In this document: positions 34,596-47,699 of the stretch, piece after piece
Layout of the letters: every line of letters starts with the position of its first letter
Position numbering within the stretch: position 1 is the first letter of the stretch
Assembly (NCBI GenBank): GCA_964016885.1
Contig: OZ024740.1
Location: forward strand, 220,286,001-220,350,000
DNA length: 64,000 bases
Direction: 5' to 3'
DNA from: Eledone cirrhosa
Lineage: Eukaryota
The notes under the pieces: generated by a model
What the model was told of the DNA's origin: nothing
Seen by the model: the letters and a program-made list of their open reading frames with translations, nothing else
Database searches by the model: none
Program-made: the position numbers and the translations under genes

Positions 34596-36320
34596 TGGTG
34601 GTGGTGGTGGTGGTGGTGGCGGTGGTGGTGGTGGTGGTGTTGGTGGTGGTGATGGTAGTGGTGTGGTGGAGGTAGTGGTGGTGGTGTTGGTGGTGATTGT
34701 GATGTGGGTGGTGATTGTGGTGTTGGTGGTGGTGGTGGTGGTGATGGTGGTGGTGTTGGTGGTGGTGTTGGTGGTGGTGGTGGCGGTGGTGGTGTTGGTG
34801 GTGTTGGTGGTGATTGTGGTGTTGGTGGTAGTGATGGTGATGTTGGTGGTGGTGATGGTGGTGGTGGTGGTGGTGATGGTGGTGGTGTTGGTGGTGGTGT
34901 TGGTGATGGTGATGGTGATGTTGGTGGTGGTGGTGATGGTGGTGGTGTGGTGGTGTTGATGGTGGTAGCGGTGGTGGTAGCGGTGATGGTGGTGTTGGTG
35001 ATGTTGGTGGTGTTGATGGTGGTGTTGGTGGTGGTGGTGGTAATGGTGGTGTTGGTGGTGGTGTGGTGGAGGTAGTGGTGTTGGTGTTGGTGGTGATTGT
35101 GGTGTTGGTGGTGGTGATGGTGGTGTTGGTGGTGGTGATAGTGATGTTGGTGGTGGTGATGGTGGTGTTGGTGGTGGTGATGGTGATGGTGATGGTGATG
35201 GTGATGGTGTGATGTGGTGTGGTGGAGGTAGTGGTGGTGGTGTTGGTGGTGATTGTGGTGTTGGCGGTGGTGATGGTGAAGTTGGTGGTGGTGATGGTGG
35301 TGGTGTTGGTGGTGGTGATGGTGGTGTTGATGGTGGTGTTGGTGATGATGATGGTGGTGGTGTTGGTGGTGATGGTGGTGGTGTTGGTGGTGGTGATGGT
35401 GGTGGTGTGGTGGAGGTAGTGGTGGTGGTGTTGGTGGTGTTGGTGGTGATTGTGGTGTTGGTGGTGGTGATAGTGATGTTGGTGGTGGTGATGGTGGTGT
35501 TGGTGGTGGTGATGGTGGTGGTGATGGTGATGGTGATGGTGTGGTGTGGTGGAGGTAGTGGTGGTGGTGTTGGTGGTGATTGTGGTGTTGGTGGTGATTG
35601 TGGTGTTGGTGGTGGTGATGGTGAAGTTGGTGGTGGTGATGGTGGTGGTGTTGGTGGTGGTGATGGTGGTGTTGGTGGTGATGATGGTGGTGGTGTTGGT
35701 GGTGATGGTAGTGGTGTTGGTGGTGGTGATGGTGGTGTTGGTGGTGGTGATGGTGGTGTTGATGGTGATGTTGGTGGTGGTGGTGATGGTGGTGGTGTGG
35801 TGGAGGTAGTGGTGGTGGTGTTGGCGGTGATTGTGGTGTTGGTGGTGGTGATGGTGATGTTGGTGGCGGTGATGGTGGTGGTGTTGGTGGTGATGGTGGT
35901 GGTGTTGGTGGTGATGGTGGTGGTGGTGATGGTGGTGTTGATGGTGGTGTTGGTGGTGGTGATGGTAGTGGTCTTGGTGGTGATGGTGGTGGTGTTGGTG
36001 GTGGTGTTGATGGTGATGTTGGTGGTGGTGTTGGTGGTGGTGTTGGTGGTGGTGATGATGGTGGTGTGGTGGAGGTAGTGGTGGTGGTGTTGGTGATGAT
36101 TGTGGTGTTGGTGGTGGTGATGGTGATGTTGGTGGTGGTGATGGTCGTGGTGTTGGTGGTGGTGATGGTGGTGTTGATGGTGGTGTTGGTGGTGGTGGTG
36201 GTAGTGGTGGTTGTGGTGGTGGTGGTGGTGGTGGTTGTGGTGGTTGTGGTGGTGGTGGTGGTTGTCGTGGAAGTATGATGTGATGGTGGTGGTGGTGGTG
36301 TTTGGTGGTGGTGGTAGCCG
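34596..36320. repeat. (GGT/GAT/GTT)n complex satellite
   Basis: Marker gtgtggtggaggtagtggtg recurs about 7 times. Confidence 0.92.
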
Positions 36321-37992
36321 AGTGGTGTGGTGATGGTTGTAGTGGCAGCAGTAACAGTGATGCTGGCAGTGATGATAGTGATGGCAGTGGTTGTGTTGGT
36401 TGTATTAAAAAGTACAAAAAAAGTACCAAAAGCTTTTGTAGGTATAAATTACAAATACTGTACAACCCATGCCAACCTGGAAAAACGGAGATAAAAACAA
36501 TGACAATGATGGTGATGGTGATGGTGGTGATGATGATGATGATGATGATACTCTATTGAGAGGATTACAGACTTTAGACTAGATAAGTTAATTCCATTCC
36601 ATGTTTCCATGTAGATCAGGTAACCTGATAGATTAGTTCACCATTGCTGCTTGGCAAGAAGGGATTGAATATTCTGTTTGTTGGTGGAGTGTGAGGGGGA
36701 TATAGGTGAATTGGCAGGGTTGTTAGGGCACCAGATAGAATACTTTGCAGTATTTATTCTGGGTAGGGGAGATCTCAGTACTCTGAGTTCAAATCATGAC
36801 AAGGTCAACTTTGCCTTTCATCCTTTTGAGGTCAATAAATAAAGTATTAGTTCATTACTGAGTTTGGTTCTTCTCTCTCTCTCACCATCCTGTCTCCAGA
36901 AAAGATTGACTGAATCTCCCTGAGAATTATGTCAAGGGCACAAATTATTCTTAGACTGTAAACCTGCCTCAAATAGCTTGGAATATAGTAGACTATGCTG
37001 AAGACATCCACAGATCATGTGGTGGTGTTAAACCAAGCAACAGATGAAATCTGCCACCCAAATCCCACCAGAATAGTCCCTTTAATGGAGTTCCACACAG
37101 TTTTTTACTCATAAAGATTTGGTTAACTCAAGGCTATGGTAGAAGACACACACAGTAGGAGTGAACCCAAAACTATGTAGCTGTGAAGTTAACTTATTTA
37201 CCACACAACCATAGCTGTACCTCTGTGAGATGGTTTAATATGTTTAAGCTAATGGCATGACACTGCGGTAATCATTTGAGATGTTGCCAATGAACTAGTT
37301 ATAAATATACAAATCTGCATCATATCTAAAATTAAATTCTTTATTTCTAGAAATATATTTATGTTCATTTTTATCTTCATCTTAATGTGGAGAGATTTAA
37401 AGCTTATAGGATGGAGGACTTTTCAATTGTGCCAAAAACATGACAACTTCCCTAGAATGGTGATCAACATGATAAACACACACAGTACATTCTGTTAAAG
37501 TTGTTTATGATAGGAAGGGCATGCAGTCATAGAAAACTTGCCAAACAAAGGGTTGGAAGGACTCTTCAGCTGTGTAAAAGACATGACAGCCTCCCTAGTT
37601 TTGGTAGAGTACAAGAATGTGTGTAAGTGAAATGCAGACCCCGCCAGCCCATGATGATGATGATGTCCACAAAGAAGCTCAAACTTCAGTTAACCATTAT
37701 GATGTAAAGTACTTTATTATGAAATGAAATTTCATAAGTGAAATTTAAAAATCAGAATAATTAGTATGTAGCAAATTTTGATCCTATTGGACTTCCATAT
37801 TAGCCTCTATTTGTTTCCCACTTACTCTTAGAGCTCAAATAACCCTGCCCCCCCCCCCCCCTGCACCTTGTTAATTTTTCAGATTTTTCCACACTGCCCC
37901 ATCCCCTCACTTATTAAGTTTTGCTAATCTATTTCCAGCAAAATTTTATTTTAAGTGTTAGCATTCCTGAAATAATCAATTTTCTTTAAACA

Positions 37993-38197
37993 TTAACCCT
38001 TTAGATTTAAACCGGCCATATCCAGCCAGAATTCTCTCACCTCTTTCTGTTCAAACTGATATTAAGGTGTTGTTCTCAAAATAATAACATCAAAATCTCA
38101 TAGATTCGATATTATGTGAGATATTTATGCGAGGTAAAGCCTTTACCATGGCAAATATAATAGTAAATATAGAGTAATGTAAATGCTAAAGGGTTAA
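37993..38197. mobile_element. piggyBac-type MITE family 1 (copies at 4852-5075, 45240-45467, 53335-53446)
   Basis: TTAA at both ends; TIR CCCTTTAG(C)ATTTA / TAAATGCTAAAGGG. Confidence 0.85.
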
Positions 38198-38567
38198 AAA
38201 AACATTATACATGACAAAGAAGAACATTACAAGAAATCTCATACATTGTAGAATAAATAGAATGGGCTGGAGTCTCAATATGTAAACTAAATAACTAATT
38301 CTGGTTTATAAAAAAATCAAGGGAGACAACCTAGAAAAGTTACCAATTTTTATCTAGCCGATAACACTATTTTACGTAATCATATGATTTCTCCACATAA
38401 CACTTATTGACCAATTAAGTGAGAATGATGGAAGTAAACATTTTCAACAATCAGACTGTCTTCTAAACAAACATATCTACTGAGCCAATCTAAACTATAA
38501 TAAAGGAGGTCTGCGGGATTGCATACGGTTTGTTTTTTTTATCCCGTTTGTAAAATAAAGTTGGATT

Positions 38568-38912
38568 CATCATCATCATCATCATTTCATTTTACGTCCG
38601 CTTTTTCCCTGCTTGCAAGGGTGGGACGGGAACTGATTCTGGCTTGATTTCTACAACTGGATGCCCTTCCTAACACCAACCTCATTTACAGTGAGTGCTG
38701 GGTGCTTTTTTGCCGTGGCACCTCCACGACCACTTTGCAGTGGAATGATAGGGACCCCAGCCCTATCATCTCATTTCTACAGCTGAGTAAACTGGAGCAA
38801 TGTGAAATAAAGTGTCTTGCTCAAGGAAACAACACATCACCCGGTCTGAGAATTGAACTCACAACCTTTCGATTGCAAGGCCAATGCTCTAACCACTAAG
38901 CCATGTGCCTCC
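38568..38912 (-). mobile_element. CORE-SINE with RTE-type tail
   Basis: Near-identical reverse complement of 55155-55476 with a (tga)n tail. Confidence 0.88.
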
Positions 38913-38933
38913 ACTTACTTTGAATAAATAATT

Positions 38934-39115
38934 GTTTCTACTTTATGCAAAAGGCCAGCAATTACCCAGTGCATTACTGGTACTTTATTTTATCGACCCC
39001 GTAAGGATGAAAGGCAAAGTCAACCTCGGCGGGATTTGAACTCAGATCGTAAAGGGACGTAACTATGCTGGAAAGCATGGCGTCCGACCCTCTACTGATA
39101 CTGCCAATCCTCCAC
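38934..39115 (-). mobile_element. Young SINE (family A) with 20-bp TSD
   Basis: TSD cttactttgaataaataatt at 38914-38933 and 39116-39135. Confidence 0.92.
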
Positions 39116-41042
39116 CTTACTTTGAATAAATAATTAATGAATATTACATAATTTATCTACTAAAGTTCGTGGCTGTTCATTAAATATATTTTGTTTATTT
39201 AAAGATTCACTTCATTAAAATTTCTGAAATGTCAACACTTCCGGTGGCGATCACTTAAATAAACATACTAATTTTTCGTCACTAATTTTCTCCTAATGCA
39301 GTTTATATATAATATCGTCTTTTTTAATGTATCATGGATTACGTTACTAAACTGATTGCACCGAAGGGTGGTTTTTCTGCTAGTTTTTAGTAATATAGAG
39401 ACATGGGGGGTTTTCTAGATTATTTGCTGCGTGACACGGCTCCGATGGTAAACAATTGCCTGCCACATGAAAGCTTCACCTCTATTTGAAGAATGTATCT
39501 TATCACAGATAAATGTAATTACTTCTCAAATGAGACCATCGTCTTTATCTATTACAAACAATCCGATAATTCTCTCTGTTACATATAATTCTCTTTATCA
39601 TGAATAATAACTTGATCTATTTTTTCACACTTCTTTAACACATATAAGGGTCAGCTGAAAAGTTCATAGGCTGACTATGAAATAGTTGTGAAATCTTGCA
39701 TGCATTAATTTCAAATCTTCTTCTTAATAACTGCATTGTTTCTTTCCTGAAAAATAAACGTCATTTAATTATTCCATGAAAATATCTTGTTCAGCTTATG
39801 AACTTTTCAGCCGACCCTTGTGTTTCAAATTATTCTTGTTTTATATGCACAATTCCTCATAAGGCAAACAAAACATTTTTTTCTTTTTGTTGATCTATTG
39901 CATGTTAAATAATTTTCTTACTTTTAAATTCTAAACAGTGAACAACTTCTGTGACTATCACAATATCTTATGTTGAACAATTTCTATTCACACACTTGAA
40001 CAATGAAAAAAATGTTTGTCTTCTTACAATTCTTATTTTGCCAGTTTTAAATTCCAACCTTATTGCTATATACTTATACTGATGTTGTCCTTTCCATGGA
40101 AAATGCTATTTTCCCACAGTCTCATTAGCATAATTAAAGTTGTTGATTTGGGATTGAATTTTCATGTCTTCTTTCTTCCTTACCTTCACCATATATTTCA
40201 TAACTCAATAACTAATATTCTTCATGCCAAAAGTAAAACATATGAAATGTTTAAAACAACCAAGGGAGATGTAAACTCATCAAGTCACAGTGAAGGTGAT
40301 TCATTTAAAAAAAGCTATAGCTATGATTAAGAATTGATACAAGATAGAGAGGATTCTTTAGTCTTGGCAGACAACCTCTCCAGTGCCAATGAAATGGTAA
40401 AATACACACATTCCATGCTATAAATTGCCAAATAAGAAGGACATTCACTCATAACAAAAAGAAAAACAACCATGCCAAAAATCTTGATGCAACAACAAAG
40501 ATCAAATGTTTTCTCTGTTCTCAGATTGCAACAGGAGAGTGTTAAGATGCTTTCTAAACAAGATGGTAAAATGGCTGTTGCAAAGTTGACAAATTAATAA
40601 TGTTTGTAATAAAAAGTCACCTATATTATAAAACTATCAGATTTCAACAACTTATAGGACTGATATTTATCTCTGATACTATTTAAATATAGCACACATG
40701 ATCCTTTTCTGAGCCTTCAAAATCAAAGGGAGCAATGAAGGAAGTTATCTTCAAACCAAAGACGACCTGCATCTAATGCTTGCAACAGAACAAATTCCAC
40801 TACAGACACACAAGGACCAGGTGGAGGTGTTAAACTGGGTGGTGGATTAAGTCTAACACTCAAGTAAGCCATGGGCAGGATTTGAACTCAGAATACAAAG
40901 AGCTGGAACAAATACTGCAAAGTGTCCCATCCAATGCTCTAACAATTCTGCTAATCCACTGCTCTGAAATGATACTTTATGGTGAGGGGAAATGTGACCT
41001 TGGTAGGACTTAGACACAAAGGGCCAGAATAACTGCTGCAAG

Positions 41043-41662
41043 GCAGACCTGCCTTCCCATGTACACAGGTTAAAACATACATCTAGTAAGCACCACTTAA
41101 CACCTATCCTCCCTCCCCCTTCCATACACCTCTCACACCTTAACACTCAACCTATGCCCTAACACCCCATCCTTCACCCAAGCCTTTACACCCCAGACCC
41201 CTAATCCACACTGTAAAGTGGTTGTGTAGGTGTCATGCAAAAAGTGCCCAGCCCACACTGTAAAGTGGTTATGTAGGTGTCACGACCATAAGTACCCAGC
41301 CCACACTGTAAAGTGGTTATGTAGGTGTCATGACAAAAAGTGCCCAGCCCACACTGTAAAGTTGTTGCGTTGGTATCATGAAAAAAGTGCCCAGCCCACA
41401 CTGTTAAGCGGCGGTTGTGGAGGTGTCACAACAAAAAGCACCCAGTCCATACTATAAAGTGGTCATATAAGTGTCACAATAAAAAGCACCCAGTCCACAC
41501 TGTAAATGTAGTTGGCATTAGGAAGGGCATCCAACCATAGAAACCAAGCCAGAATCAGTTCTGTATGAGCAAGACATGGTCACTTGACCTCAAATTGGAC
41601 AACCTATCTAACCCATGCTAGCGTGGAGAAATGGATGTTAAACAATGATGATGATGATGATA
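41043..41662 (+). mobile_element. 5'-truncated copy of the long-3'-UTR RTE with an expanded ~47-bp internal repeat
   Basis: Collinear with 13117-13515 (reverse complement): ORF end, C-rich tract, cacactgtaaagtgg repeats, ggaagggcatcc, gagcaagaca, acccatgc.agcgtgga, (tga)n tail. Confidence 0.8.
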
Positions 41663-42689
41663 ATTACTATAACCACTCTGCCAATCCACTGCCTAGAAAT
41701 GATACTTTATTTTATCACCTGTGAACAGGTGAGAGACAAGGGTGACCTTGTTAGGGTTTAGACACAAAGAACCAGAATAACTGCTGCAAGGTATTTTATC
41801 CTACACTATAACCACTCTGCCAATTTACAGCATGATGTAATATTAATGTATGGTTTGTGTGCCAGACTCCTATATTTCTTTGATACTAATTGTACCAGTA
41901 GTAGTAAACCTCCATAAAATACTTAGTAGAAACTCCTGCCCACCATAATACTATCAAAAACACAGGATATATGTTTACGTTTAGATTACGCCAAAAGCTA
42001 TTTGAAAATTGTTTTTATTTACTTATTTATCTATATATTTACTGCGTGTATACACTTGGTCATAATGACACTGTTTTTGAAAATGATTTTAGCAGCAGGT
42101 AGAATTTATTGAAAGTAAAATCACCCACTAGGAAGATGAGCTGTTTATTTGCGTCAAAAGGTTTTTAACACAATTTCTGCCCTCATTTTACTTACTTATA
42201 AACTAAGCAACTGCAATTAGAAATACGTACAATTTATTACTCATAGATACAAGTTATTTTTAGTTGGTATTCTCAAGTCATCATAGTACCTGTTGGAAGA
42301 AATATTTTCCAGAGCTCACTTAGCAGCTGCCTAGATCTATAACATTGTTTGAAAAGAAGCTAATTTTCATAACAAATGTTGTCTGCTGAAGATTATATTT
42401 AGCAAAGTGTTGAAAGGTGAGTAAGGAAGCAGTAAGAAGCTCTTGTTTATTGCAAGAGATATGTAATAGACTGCAAAACTGGCGAGCTGCTTCATGGAAG
42501 CTAATCAAGTTTTCAACTCTGTAGCGACACAGAGCAATGAGATAGTTCCAGAAACACTATACTAAACTAACAGGTTAGCTAAATTCTGAACTTAGAAAAA
42601 TACCATTTCTAAGAGTCAAGAAAGCACATAACAGTTAGAGGATTGCCAAAATAATATGTCTGAATAATTAAAATATACTAAAATGCTTC

Positions 42690-43357
42690 TTCTTCACTTA
42701 CTTATTCATGAGGATCTCAATGATGATCAAAATCAGAGGCACCTTGATGACAGCAGGGAGATGATCGAGTGGATCACTTTGAATCCAAGTGCCCTTGAGT
42801 CTCTGGTAACCTGTGACGAGAGCTAGGTCTATTGTTATGATCCAGAGTGCCCAGTGGAAACATTCTGACTCCCCAAGACCCAAGAAGGCCAGACAAATCA
42901 GGTCCACTGGAAAGCTCATGATGCTCCCATTCAAGAGCATCATTTACATCCACAGGCTCCCCAACAGCCAGAATGTCAGCAAGGAGTCAACTATGTAGAG
43001 GTGTTGAGGCAATTCAAAAAGAGACCAGAACTCTTCACGTCTGGTCAGAGCACCTGCACCAGGACAATGCCACCTGCCACAAATTCATCCTGGTGACCAA
43101 TTACTTGGCTGATATGGGGATCAAAACTATCCCTTATCCTGCCTACAATCCAGATTTAGCCCCATGCGACTTCTGGATGTTCCCGAAGCTGAAGGAGAAG
43201 CTCAAGGGTTTCAGCTTTGAGGATGTGAAGGAGATGAAGAAGGCTGTGACAAGCGCCCTGGACACCTTCACTTTGGAAAACTATAAAGGGGTGCCGTGCA
43301 GAAGTGGCTGGATTGCTACAAGTGATAAAAGTCTTAAAACCTCTTGAGTATACTTTG
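42690..43357 (+). pseudogene. Mariner (DD34D) transposase relic
   Basis: VTCDES*VYCYDPE (TGDESW motif), HQDNATCH and YPAYNPDLAPCDFWMFPKLK (YSPDLAPxD motif), with stops and frameshifts. Confidence 0.92.
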
Positions 43358-43535
43358 TATACTCAAGAGGTTTTGAGTAATGTCAGAATATAAACACAGA
43401 AATCACTATAATAGCAGGTTTAGAAAATTGGGTGAAATACCCTTAGGGACAGAAAAAATGTTACCACCACGAGAAATGGCAGCTGATATGCACACACACA
43501 CGCACATGCAAGCATATACACACATATATAAATAA

Positions 43536-43582
<47 letters not shown>

Positions 43583-44176
43583 TAGGTATGGTTCTGAAGT
43601 CAGGAGAAACAAAACTCAATACACGGGCAGAGTGATGTATATTTTATTATAGCCCTGAAACTAAAATAACTATATATACATATTTATATACAAAAAACTG
43701 TCGAGTCATTCATAAAGAGTAAAACAACAAAAAAAACATTGCCTGATTCTTTTAGCTTATAAAAATAAAACAAAAGTTATTTTCTACCTTCCAATTGTGA
43801 CATTGAAAAACACAACCACCCACACATATACACACCCAAAACAGTTATATAGAAACTGCTATATAATACGACAACTGCAGCCTGAGGATGTCTGTCACTC
43901 CCATACCAGTAATTAGTGCAGATTAGCTGTTATTATGCTGGAAGGGCTGGAGTATTGTTTTGAAGGATGAATTTGATTTTTACTTTATATCTTGTGCAGT
44001 AAATGTCTTGTGAATGAGGTTTAGTGTAGGTTTATGGATTGTATTTGCTTGGGTTTATCAGCGATAGCATTGGTCTGGTGTAGGTTTGTTTAGATTCATA
44101 GATTCAAATTGAGGTAATTGACATCATAATCATAATGTACTGGGTAATTGCTGGCCTTGTGCCTAAAGTAGAAACA

Positions 44177-44228
44177 ATAATCATATATATGCCAACATAG
44201 GAAAGTTGAATTAAAAATGGTGATGATG

Positions 44229-44278
<50 letters not shown>

Positions 44279-44333
44279 CATCATCATCACCATTTTTAAT
44301 TCAACTTTTCTATGTTGGCATATATATGATTAT
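44177..44333. repeat. Palindrome centred on a (TA)n tract
   Basis: ~60-bp arms with one mismatch and one extra CAT unit. Confidence 0.92.
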
Positions 44334-44355
44334 ATATATATATATACATAAATAA

Positions 44356-44389
<34 letters not shown>

Positions 44390-45215
44390 CCATGTATGAA
44401 TATATACATATATAACACACATACACACATATATATATATATATATATAAATTTGCTCTTTTTTTTTTACCTGTCAGTCTGTCAGCTTTGTTGAAAGAAC
44501 ACAGCTGAAATAGGAATGAGCATTTTGAAAGCAGGATAGCTTGAAAGTTATTTCTGATATATCATTTCTTCAGTAAACAAATAAAACAATCCAACTTCAT
44601 CATCAGCATTACCATCAATATGATCAACAAGAGTAACATCACATCATTGGTTATAAGAATATAACAAATTTCAGGTGTGTATACAGGTAACATGACACTA
44701 CCTAGTTTCTAGTTTACCAACAGTAACACTGCTCTGCTCACTGTGAAAATAATCATGCATTGTAAATGTCAGCTTCTGTTGCAGAAATGTTGTATGCAAC
44801 TAGAACCAACACACAGTTTCATGCTCTGATCAATTGCAAAGCTCTAAAAGAAATGTAAGAAAACAATTCTCTCAAATTTAGGTTTAGGCATGGCTTGGGG
44901 GGGGGGGGGGGGTTTCAACTACAGGATTCCATGTTCAATCCCTCTACACAGCACTCTGAATAAGTGTCTTTTACCATAACACCAGGTTAACTAATACATT
45001 GTGAATGGAATAGTTAATTGTGGGATATGTAATAAATGACTGATAAGTATTTCAGAAAGTTGCTAAAATATGGTAAAAATATATAAAGGGCAAAGGAAGA
45101 CAAATAAAACAAAACAGAGTAATGTATTTACCCAGTATATTTTAACATAATATTTCAGGGTTAATATGCTCTTTTCAAAAATAAAACCAAAAACGATGCA
45201 AAACAAAATGAACGA

Positions 45216-45689
45216 TCAATGTGTTCTTCCCTAACTGGTTTAAGCCTTTAGCATTTACATTACTCTATATATGCTATTGTATTTTGTGGTAAAGGCTTTA
45301 TCTTACACAACTATCTCACATAATATCAAATCTATGAGAATTTGATATTATTTATTTTGAGAAAAATACCTTAACATCAGTATAAGCAGCTAGTCTCAGC
45401 CGGTTTGAACAGAAAGGGGTGAGAGAATTCTGGCCGGATATGGCCAGTTTGAATGCTAAAGGGTTAAGTGTCAGGATTACACATGTGTGGAGCAGTCATA
45501 GTAGCCACTCTGCTCCTTGAAGCTCTAATCTATTAACTATTTATGGCTTTTAAAAATTAAAGAGACTCTACTTATCAACACACAAAAGCCACAAATAGTT
45601 AATAGTTCAGAGCTGAGCAGAGCAGCTAAAATGACTGTTCCCTGCATGTGTAATACAAACACTAAACCAGTTAGGGAAGAACACATTGA
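45216..45689. repeat. Long degenerate fold-back element interrupted at TTAA by a piggyBac-type MITE
   Basis: tcaatgtgttcttccctaactggttta pairs with taaaccagttagggaagaacacattga. The arms continue inward (ctattaactattt.tggctttt / aaaagcca.aaatagttaatag). Confidence 0.8.
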
Positions 45690-46356
45690 GGAGGGAAAAG
45701 AGTTTAATAAAGAGAATTAAAGGAAGAACCAACACCAGTATCTGACTAGTACTTTATCTTATAAATCTTGGAAGAATAAAAGATAAAGTTGACCTCTGCA
45801 GGATTTGAACTCAGAATGTTAAGAGCCAGAACAAATACCACAATGACATTTTATCTGATGCTCTACAAATTCTGGCACCATCTCTCTCTCTCTACACACA
45901 CACACATACATGTTAATATCAAATCTTCCCTCAAACAAGCTCTTTATTTCTCATAAAAAACATAGTTAATGATTTTTCAAATAATGGAGTATTTGAACAG
46001 ATTTAGTTACAAACTAACTTTCTGATTATTAAACTGATGTTTGGAACATAGCTTGACAGAGGTTGTTAGATAACACAATGAAGGAAAGTTAAGATAAATA
46101 TAAACATCTTTAAACAAACAGTTTTGAGTCATAGAACCAGGTGAGGTTTCAGGTGGTTTGGTGTCCTAATCCTTTGGACACCATGACTACATAGAAAAAT
46201 GGTTAAGTTGTGGTAGGTAACCAGGAGAGGTTCGGACAATAAATGAGTATGATAAGAGAGTGTTAATCTTGGCTGATATAATTAATCAGTTGATCAGTTA
46301 ACGAATAAAAGACAAAGTTGCAAATTGAGCCAACTGAGATATTGAATGTACCAGGC

Positions 46357-46626
46357 TATCATCATCATCATCATCATCACCACTACCGCTATTACCATCA
46401 TCATCATCATCACTACCGCTATTACCATCATCATCATCACTACTGCTATTACCATCATCATCATCACTACTGCTATTACCATCATCATCATCACTACTGC
46501 TATTACCATCATCATCATCACTACCGCTTTTACCATCATCATCATCATCACTACTGCTATCATCATCATTATCAACAACAACACCACCACAACTACTGCC
46601 ATCATCATCATCATCATTATCATCAT
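46357..46626. repeat. (CAT)n-derived 27-bp repeat
   Basis: Unit catcatcatcatcactactgctattac. Confidence 0.9.
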
Positions 46627-46914
46627 TTTTACGTTTGCTTGTCCATGCATAGAAAAGGACGAGATGGTGTTGGCGCCATTCATCGTATATCCCCTGAATT
46701 ACAACTGGCCTGAGTCTAAATATGATAGCAAACGACACTGTCTCTACGTGAAACACATTGGAAAAAGATGTGGTGATCATGACTGAACACTTCTGATCAT
46801 AGGTTTGCATCGTTTGTTTAGTTGTTGCTTAACTCTGGATCAGTTCTGAACAAGCAGACCTATGATCGAAGAGATTTCAGATGTGATAATCGTATAATAT
46901 AATTTTTTAGAGAT

Positions 46915-47172
46915 ATGGTGGAGCAGGACAACAATATCCACAAAATTCTGAAATACCTTAATCTGTCGGTTAACTACCTTTTCCAGCCTGTGGCATTCGA
47001 GATGTTTGGGGGAGTTGGGCTGCTAACTGCGAGGCTCTTGTCTTCACTGGCGGCTCGCCTAACTGAGGTAACTGGTGATGCCTGTGAAGGCACTTGGCTG
47101 TTCTAGTGTATCAGCTTCGCCATCACCCGAGGTAACGCTGTGAGTGTACTAGCTTGCCTCAAAATTTATTAG
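46915..47172 (+). pseudogene. CRE-like non-LTR retrotransposon 3' relic (restriction-like endonuclease C-terminus)
   Basis: KYLNL..NYLFQPVAFEMFGGVG...RLTEVTGD..E..WLF*CISFAITRGNAVSVL fits the CRE-clade pattern PVA.ET.G...TGD.RE...Q.S.AIQRGNA. One in-frame stop. Confidence 0.75.
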
Positions 47173-47259
47173 AGGTTTCCCAGTGCTGTTCATAGTGTTA
47201 TCTTTTGTTCTGGTTGCGGTTCATTTGTCCACCCCTCTCGCCTGCCTTTTGCTATATGT

Positions 47260-47471
47260 TAGGCATGTCAAATTGAGGGTCACCCAAGGGCCACATGGGT
47301 CACATATGCGTTGTCTGAGGGGCACACTCGACAACTAATTGCACACATTACAACTAATATATTTTATTTTATATTACGAAGATAAAACATGCTCGCACTG
47401 TAAAAACTTTTGTGCAGGCTGCATGTGTGCTTGTAAAGGGTCGCATGCGGGCCTCATGTTTGACATGCCTG
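47260..47471. mobile_element. hAT-type MITE
   Basis: TIR (T/C)AGGCATGTCAAA / TTTGACATGCCTG; 8-bp TSD ctatatgt / ctgtatgt (7 of 8 match). Confidence 0.82.
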
Positions 47472-47601
47472 CTGTATGTGGTCCTAGATGTGTGTATTAC
47501 CTGCTGTATGTGGTCCTAGATGTGTGTATTACCTGCTGTATGTGGTCCTAGATGTGTGTATTACCTGCTGTATGTGGTCCTAGATGTGTGTATTACCTGC
47601 T
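47468..47601. repeat. 32-bp minisatellite, 4 perfect copies
   Basis: Unit cctgctgtatgtggtcctagatgtgtgtatta. Confidence 0.95.
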
Positions 47602-47699
47602 TTTGCGGGGTCTTTTTCTTTCCCTTTTCTTTCTTTCTTTCTTATTTTATTTGTAATATTATGATGACGGTTATGTTGACAAATAAAATGTACTCAATA

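Noticed and set aside
34585-36465. 626-aa His/Thr/Pro-rich ORF with a hydrophobic N-terminus
   Set aside because: It is the complement of a (GGT/GAT)n satellite that cannot contain stops on that strand. The protein drifts between Pro, His and Thr registers at non-triplet indels, so no frame is conserved.
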